Below are positions 57,092-62,150 of a stretch of DNA of 62,150 bases, one piece after another (the first letter of the stretch is position 1; each line of letters starts with the position of its first letter). Made by a program: the position numbers and the translations under genes. The notes under the pieces are model-generated. The model did no database searches. It had not been told where the DNA came from and saw nothing but the letters and a program-made list of their open reading frames with translations. Origin of the DNA: an uncultured Anaerolineales bacterium (GTDB lineage: Bacteria; Planctomycetota; Phycisphaerae; FEN-1346); the NCBI GenBank assembly GCA_964539385.1, contig CAZIJC010000008.1, positions 1 to 62,150 of the forward strand. Reading direction: 5' to 3'.

Positions 57092-58524
57092 CCCCATCAA
57101 ACGCACGACCGCCGTCCGGACCTTACGCAGGACGCTCGATCCACTTCATCGGCGTGGGCGGATGCGGCATGAGCGGCCTGGCGGAATTCGTCCTCACCGA
57201 AGGCGGCCGGGTCAGCGGGTCCGACATCAAGGCCGGCGCTGCGACCGAGCGCCTGGCACAACGGGGCGTGACCATTCACGTCGGGCATGGCAAGGGGAAC
57301 GTCCCGGCGGGGGCGGACCTCGTTGTCCATAGCGCTGCCGTCAAGGCGGACAATCCCGAATTCCTCGAGGCCCGTCGCCGGGGCACTGCCACGTTGAAGT
57401 ACGCCGAGTTCCTCGGCCAACTGATGACGCTCAGGCTGGGCATCGCCGTCAGCGGGACACACGGCAAGAGCACGACGACCGCCCTGGCGGCCTACGTGCT
57501 GTCGGAGGCGGGGCTGGATCCGAGTTTCGTCGTCGGCGCCGACGTGCCGCAACTCAAGGGCGGGGCGCGCGTCGGCAACGGACCGCACCTGGTGGTCGAG
57601 GCCTGCGAGTACGACCGCTCGTTCCTGAACTTCGCGCCGCATGCGGCGGCCGTCTTGAACGTCGAGGAGGACCATCTCGATTACTTCCGGGACCTGGCGG
57701 ACGTTCGGGATGCGTTTGCCGATTTTGCGTCTCGCACGGCGACCGAGGGCCTGCTCGTCGTCAATGGGGCCGACCCCGGCATGGACGAGGTTGCCGCCCG
57801 GGCCCGCTGCCGCGTCGAGACGTTCGGCATCGGCGGGGGGTGGGATTGGCATGCCGAGAACCTGCACGCCGACGCCGGGCGATACGCGTTCGACGTGTAC
57901 CGCCGGGACGCGCCGTTTGCCTCGGTCACCCTGGCGCTGGCCGGCGAGCACCACGTCCTGAACGCCCTGGCGGCAGCGGCGCTCAGCGCGTGGGCGGGTG
58001 CGCCGGCGGAAGCGATCGGCGGGGCGCTCGGGCGGTTCCAGGGCGCATCGCGGCGCATGGAGGTCCTTGGCCGGGTCGCAGACGTGACGGTCGTGGACGA
58101 CTACGCCCATCATCCGACGGAGATCCGTGCGACGCTCGCGGCCGCACGCCAGCGGTTCTCGCCGCAGCGCCTGTGGGTGGTGTTCCAGCCGCATCAGCAC
58201 AGCCGCACGCGGTTCCTGCTAAAAGATTTTGCGCAGGCGCTGAAGGTGGCCGATAAGATTATCGTCCCGGATATCTATTTCGTCCGCGATAGCGAGAACG
58301 AGCGTCAGGCCGTCTGCAGCCAGGACCTGGTGAAGGAGATCAGGGGCCTGGGCGCCGATGCGCGGTACGTCGAGGACTTCGATTCCATCCGCCGGCACCT
58401 GATTGAGGGCTTGGGTCCCGGCGACGTGCTCATGACCATGGGCGCCGGCGACGTGTGGCGCCTGGCGGAGCCGCTGCTGGCAGACCTTGTCGGGGCGCCT
58501 GGCCGGGGTCGGTCCCAGGCTTGA
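57088..58524 (+). CDS. murC: UDP-N-acetylmuramate:L-alanine ligase
   Basis: IHFIGVGGCGMSGLA, SGTHGKSTTT, EACEYDRSFL, DDYAHHPTEI, FQPHQHSRT, MGAGDV. Confidence 0.97.
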   Translation: MTPSNARPPSGPYAGRSIHFIGVGGCGMSGLAEFVLTEGGRVSGSDIKAGAATERLAQRGVTIHVGHGKGNVPAGADLVVHSAAVKADNPEFLEARRRGTATLKYAEFLGQLMTLRLGIAVSGTHGKSTTTALAAYVLSEAGLDPSFVVGADVPQLKGGARVGNGPHLVVEACEYDRSFLNFAPHAAAVLNVEEDHLDYFRDLADVRDAFADFASRTATEGLLVVNGADPGMDEVAARARCRVETFGIGGGWDWHAENLHADAGRYAFDVYRRDAPFASVTLALAGEHHVLNALAAAALSAWAGAPAEAIGGALGRFQGASRRMEVLGRVADVTVVDDYAHHPTEIRATLAAARQRFSPQRLWVVFQPHQHSRTRFLLKDFAQALKVADKIIVPDIYFVRDSENERQAVCSQDLVKEIRGLGADARYVEDFDSIRRHLIEGLGPGDVLMTMGAGDVWRLAEPLLADLVGAPGRGRSQA

Positions 58525-58544
58525 GCGCACGCAGAGGAAGCGCG

Positions 58545-59432
58545 ATGACGATCTTCAAAGGCCTCGAGACAATCGTGCAGAAGGACTTTCCCCTGGGCCC
58601 GATAACCACGTTCGGTGTCGGCGGCAAGGCCCGGTATTTCGTGCGGCCTCGGACCGAGGATCAGTTGCGCGAGACAATCGAGCGGTGCGGAAAGAAGAAA
58701 CTCGACATCCACGCCATCGGACGCGGCTCGAACGTCCTGGTCAGGGACGAGGGCGTCAAGGGCGCCGTCATCCAACTCGACCCGAAAGCGTTTGGACGCA
58801 TCACGATCGAAGAGGACCTCCTGCGGGCCGGCGCCGCCGCGCCCCTGCCGAAGGTGGTTGCCGAGGCCGCGCGGCACAGCCTCTCGGGGGTCGAGTGCCT
58901 GGTGGGCGTCCCGGGAACCGCCGGCGGGGGCGTCCGCATGAATGCCGGCGGCGCCTACGGCGACATCGGCCAGACCGTGGAGCGCATCAAGGTCATGGAT
59001 GCCCACGGCGAGACGTTCTATCGCGAGCGAGAGGACCTGGCGTTCGGCTACCGCACGAGCAACGTCTCGGCCCGGTTCATCCTGGAGGTCGAGTTGCGGC
59101 TGCTGCCCGATAGCGTCTCGGCCATCAACAAGCGGATGAAGAAGATCTGGATCGCCAAGAAGAACAGCCAGCCGATGAGCGCCGCGACGGCGGGCTGTGC
59201 CTTCAAGAACCCGCGGGGCCTGGCGGCCGGGCTGCTCATCGAGCAGGCGGGCCTGAAGGGAACCGCCGTTGGCGGCGCCGCCGTCTCACGCAAGCACGCC
59301 AACTTCATCGTCATCAGGGACAAGAAGAAAACGAAAGCCGCCGACGTGCTCGCCCTCATCGAACTGGTGCGCAAGGCCGTCAAGGACCGCTTTGACGTGT
59401 ACTTGGAGTTGGAGATCGAGGTCTGGCCATGA
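58545..59432 (+). CDS. murB: UDP-N-acetylenolpyruvoylglucosamine reductase
   Basis: TTFGVGGKA, GRGSNVLV, GVPGTAGG.VRMNAG, FGYRTS, AGCAFKNP, KHANFI. Confidence 0.96.
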   Translation: MTIFKGLETIVQKDFPLGPITTFGVGGKARYFVRPRTEDQLRETIERCGKKKLDIHAIGRGSNVLVRDEGVKGAVIQLDPKAFGRITIEEDLLRAGAAAPLPKVVAEAARHSLSGVECLVGVPGTAGGGVRMNAGGAYGDIGQTVERIKVMDAHGETFYREREDLAFGYRTSNVSARFILEVELRLLPDSVSAINKRMKKIWIAKKNSQPMSAATAGCAFKNPRGLAAGLLIEQAGLKGTAVGGAAVSRKHANFIVIRDKKKTKAADVLALIELVRKAVKDRFDVYLELEIEVWP

Positions 59433-60403
59433 CCGTCCCGGTGCCGCAACTCGAACCCGCGAAGTTCATCGAGCCGGGCACGCTGACGATCGGCGTCCTG
59501 ATGGGCGGCCCGTCGCGCGAACGGAAGATCAGCCTCGAAAGCGGTCGCGCGGTGGCCGAGGCGCTCGAGGGGCTGGGTCACGAGGTTCGCCCGGCCGACG
59601 TGCGCCCCGGGGACGTGACGCCCGAACTGGTCTGCGACATGGACGTGACGTTCCTGGCGCTGCACGGCACGTGGGGCGAAGACGGGGGGGTGCAGCGGGA
59701 ACTCCAGACCCTCGGCGCCTGCTACACGGGCAGCGGGCCCGAGGCCAGCCGACTCGCCATGGACAAGGTGGCCGCCAAGGAGCGATTCTCCGGCGACGGG
59801 ATACCGACGCCGGCGTTCCGCGTCCTGACGAGCGGCGATGAAGTAATGCTGGAGGAGGCGATGGAGCGGATCGGGCCCGACCTGGTCGTCAAACCCGTCG
59901 CCGGCGGGTCGAGCATCGACGTGTACACGGTGGACTCGCTTCGGGCGCTTCGCGGCGCGGTCGAGAAGGTCTGTGTGCGAGGCGAGCCGGCGCTGGTCGA
60001 ACGCCGCATCGTCGGCCGCGAGTTTACGGTCGGCGTGCTCGGGGACTCGGCGCTTCCGACGCTGGAGATACGCACACCGAGCGGCCGCTACGGATACAAA
60101 GAGAAGTACCTGGCGAAGAGCACCAGGTACATCTTCGACCACGGCCTGCCGGCCGACGTGGAGCAGCGTGCGGTGAATGCGGCGCTGGCGGCACACCGCG
60201 TGCTGGGGTGCCGGGACCTCTCACGCGTGGACATGATCATCACGCCGGAGGGCGAACCCGAGGTTCTGGAAGTGAATACGATTCCGGGCTTCACGAGGCA
60301 CAGCCTGGTTCCGAAGGCCGCCGCGCAGGCCGGGCTGGCGTTCGGACGCCTGTGCGAGCGGATCGTTGCCATGGCCCGCCAGCGGGCGGACCGCCCGGAC
60401 TGA
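59429..60403 (+). CDS. ddl: D-alanine--D-alanine ligase
   Basis: GGPSRERKISLESG, LHGTWGEDG, MDK, VVKP..GGSSI, YKEKY, EVNTIPGFT. Confidence 0.95.
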   Translation: MTVPVPQLEPAKFIEPGTLTIGVLMGGPSRERKISLESGRAVAEALEGLGHEVRPADVRPGDVTPELVCDMDVTFLALHGTWGEDGGVQRELQTLGACYTGSGPEASRLAMDKVAAKERFSGDGIPTPAFRVLTSGDEVMLEEAMERIGPDLVVKPVAGGSSIDVYTVDSLRALRGAVEKVCVRGEPALVERRIVGREFTVGVLGDSALPTLEIRTPSGRYGYKEKYLAKSTRYIFDHGLPADVEQRAVNAALAAHRVLGCRDLSRVDMIITPEGEPEVLEVNTIPGFTRHSLVPKAAAQAGLAFGRLCERIVAMARQRADRPD

Positions 60404-60471
60404 GGCCGGCCGGAATGACGTTAGCCGCCGGCCTTGCCCGGCGCGCTCGGTACGTGGGAGATTAGGATCGT

Positions 60472-61419
60472 ATGGGAGGCGCACGATTGCCAAGAGGCAC
60501 CGGGAACAAGCCCGTGGTGAAGGGTTCCAAGCGACGGTTTGCCCGCCGCGTCGCCAAGGCGGCGCTCGTCGCGGTGGCGACGGCGCTGGTGGGCGTGGCC
60601 GCGATGTACGGTCTCGGCCTCTTGCGCGGGCACGCCCGGGAGGCGCCCACCCATCAGGTGTCGGCAGCGAGTCTGCGCCTGGTCAAGGGACCCGCCTGGA
60701 TGACCCCGGCGATCCTGGCGGAACTGGACGTCGGCTTGCTGGACCCGGAGTTCCCCCAACGGTTCAGCCTGCTGGATGACGGTGTCTCGCAGCGGATTGC
60801 GGCCGCATACGAAGCGTGCGTGTGGGTCGAGCGCGTCCGGAAGATCGTCAAGCACGATCCGCGTGTGGATCCTGACCGTCCGCCGCTTGAGGTCCACCTG
60901 AAGTTCCGCCGTCCTGCGGCGTTCGTCCGATCGCGGGGCGGGTTTTGCCTGGTCGATTCCTGCGGCGTGCGGCTGCCGGGCGTGTATAGCGAACCGCGCC
61001 TCGGCCGCGTGGCGCTGCTCGTCATCAGCGGCGTGACGTCGAGCCCGCCGAACGTCGGGCAGGTGTGGTCGGATGCGCGCCTGGAGGCGGGCGTCCGCGT
61101 GGCCGAAGCCGTCGGGCCCAGGCGCCAGGTGTTCCGCCTGGTCTCGATCGACGTCTCGAACGTGGGCGGCCGGCACGACCCGCGCGACACCGAGATCGCC
61201 CTGTTCACCGCCAACGGGACACGCATCAAGTGGGGCAGGGCGCCCACCGCCGATGCGGAATTGCTCCAGGAAAAAAGCCCCGACGCCAAGGTTGCCTACC
61301 TCGACTTCGTCTACAAGCACATGAACGGGCAGGTGGACGGCGTCCTGGCGTACATCGACATTCCGAACGAGGCCGTCCGGCGGCGCCCTGCCGATACGGG
61401 TAGCCGCCTCCGGAGTTAG
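60472..61419 (+). CDS. ftsQ: FtsQ/DivIB-like cell division protein (divergent)
   Basis: Basic N-tail, TM, POTRA-like WVERV..., FRRPAAFV..FCLVDSCGVRLP, IKWG, YIDI; follows ddl. Confidence 0.7.
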   Translation: MGGARLPRGTGNKPVVKGSKRRFARRVAKAALVAVATALVGVAAMYGLGLLRGHAREAPTHQVSAASLRLVKGPAWMTPAILAELDVGLLDPEFPQRFSLLDDGVSQRIAAAYEACVWVERVRKIVKHDPRVDPDRPPLEVHLKFRRPAAFVRSRGGFCLVDSCGVRLPGVYSEPRLGRVALLVISGVTSSPPNVGQVWSDARLEAGVRVAEAVGPRRQVFRLVSIDVSNVGGRHDPRDTEIALFTANGTRIKWGRAPTADAELLQEKSPDAKVAYLDFVYKHMNGQVDGVLAYIDIPNEAVRRRPADTGSRLRS

Positions 61420-61422
61420 GCG

Positions 61423-62150
61423 ATGGCCACGTCCGGCAGCGACGCGGGTGCGGGTGTGGCCGGGCCGCCGGCGCCGGCCCGCGCCTGGGTGCTCCTGCCC
61501 GTTGTGTGGTGCCTCTGGCTGCTTCTGTCGCTGGTTCCCACGCTGCTTGTTGCTCCGCATCTTCTGTCGCCACGGCCGTGGCTGACGCGCGAGACGGCCC
61601 CGTCGGCGGTGCTTGCTGCGATGGCATTCTTCCTGGCGGCGGTCTGGCCGTTCTGGCCGGCGTTGGCGGGGCGCGTCCGACAGAAAAAGGGAACAGGCAA
61701 AAAGGGGACTGGCTCCTTTTCCTGCTTTTCGGAAAAGGTGCCTGTCCCCTTTTTGCAGAACGCAAGCGCGGTCTGCCGATGGCTCGGCGCCAGCGCCCTG
61801 GAGTTCGTCGTCCTTTTCTCACTGGCCGCGCCGTTTGTCCTCGTGGCATGGTCGGTGAGCGGCGGGAGACTGGCGGTGGCGCCCGCGGTGGTCTCGGTCG
61901 CCGGGCTCGGCATCTTCGGCCTGGGCCTGCGGACGGCCGCCGCGGGAATGGTCCCGGGCGCGGCCCGCTGGCTGATGCTTGCCGCCATGTTGGTGTGCGC
62001 GGGGCCGCTGGTCCTGGGGTACGCCGCCGCTGAAACGATGGGCGTGTCGCTGCCCTGGCTGCTGGAGGTCTCGCCCGTTTTCGAGTTGGTCCGCGTCGGG
62101 CTGGACGCCTGGCCGCAGGCGTCGTGGCCGAGGATCGCGCGGCTGTGGCT
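61423..62150 (+). CDS. Polytopic membrane protein of unknown function (runs off the window; absent from the ORF track)
   Basis: ATG 3 nt after the ftsQ stop; frame open to the end: MATSGSDAG..AWVLLPVVWCLWLLLSLVP..LAAMAFFLAAVWPFWP..LEFVVLFSLAAPFVLVAW..; several hydrophobic helices. Confidence 0.75.
   Translation, partial: MATSGSDAGAGVAGPPAPARAWVLLPVVWCLWLLLSLVPTLLVAPHLLSPRPWLTRETAPSAVLAAMAFFLAAVWPFWPALAGRVRQKKGTGKKGTGSFSCFSEKVPVPFLQNASAVCRWLGASALEFVVLFSLAAPFVLVAWSVSGGRLAVAPAVVSVAGLGIFGLGLRTAAAGMVPGAARWLMLAAMLVCAGPLVLGYAAAETMGVSLPWLLEVSPVFELVRVGLDAWPQASWPRIARLW
61684..61756. repeat. AAAAAGGGGAC(A/T)GGC-type palindromic repeat inside the CDS
   Basis: 61697-61722 and 61731-61756 are inverted copies (24/26), preceded by a partial copy. 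Confidence 0.85.

Overview
High-GC bacterial chromosome segment, most likely Planctomycetota (Phycisphaerae-like). This is inferred from the gene repertoire: a PEP-CTERM protein, Tat-exported Gfo/Idh/MocA and TIM-barrel proteins, a small LRR lipoprotein, a kdsB-pyrG-DUF1844 operon, and a dcw cluster that does not continue into ftsA/ftsZ. 1-15.4 kb: housekeeping and catabolic genes (ROK kinase, DUF2064 glycosyltransferase, response regulator, M20 and M16 peptidases, GH95, cyclodeaminase, serine hydrolase) separated by many REP-like palindromes. 15.4-29.7 kb: an eroded accessory/defence region containing a ~1280-aa nuclease-like protein, a 3' tRNA-Lys fragment with arm-type repeats, cargo genes bounded by a repeated imperfect palindrome, phage-type gene remnants, a pentapeptide-repeat K+ channel, and an XhoI/PaeR7I-family R-M pair between MITE-like ends. 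29.7-45 kb: DUF2207/LemA, a PEP-CTERM gene whose tail is written on a duplicated lemA stub, a polysaccharide lyase, YddG, a Cys-rich Tat lipoprotein, kdsB, pyrG and envelope lipoproteins. 45-62 kb: dcw cluster mraZ-(79 aa)-rsmH-(2xLysM)-ftsL-ftsI-murE-murF-mraY-ftsW-murG-murC-murB-ddl-ftsQ-(membrane protein). It lacks murD, has an unknown membrane protein where ftsA is expected, and has a multi-stem structured element before mraY. All product calls come from motif recognition by eye; no searches were run.
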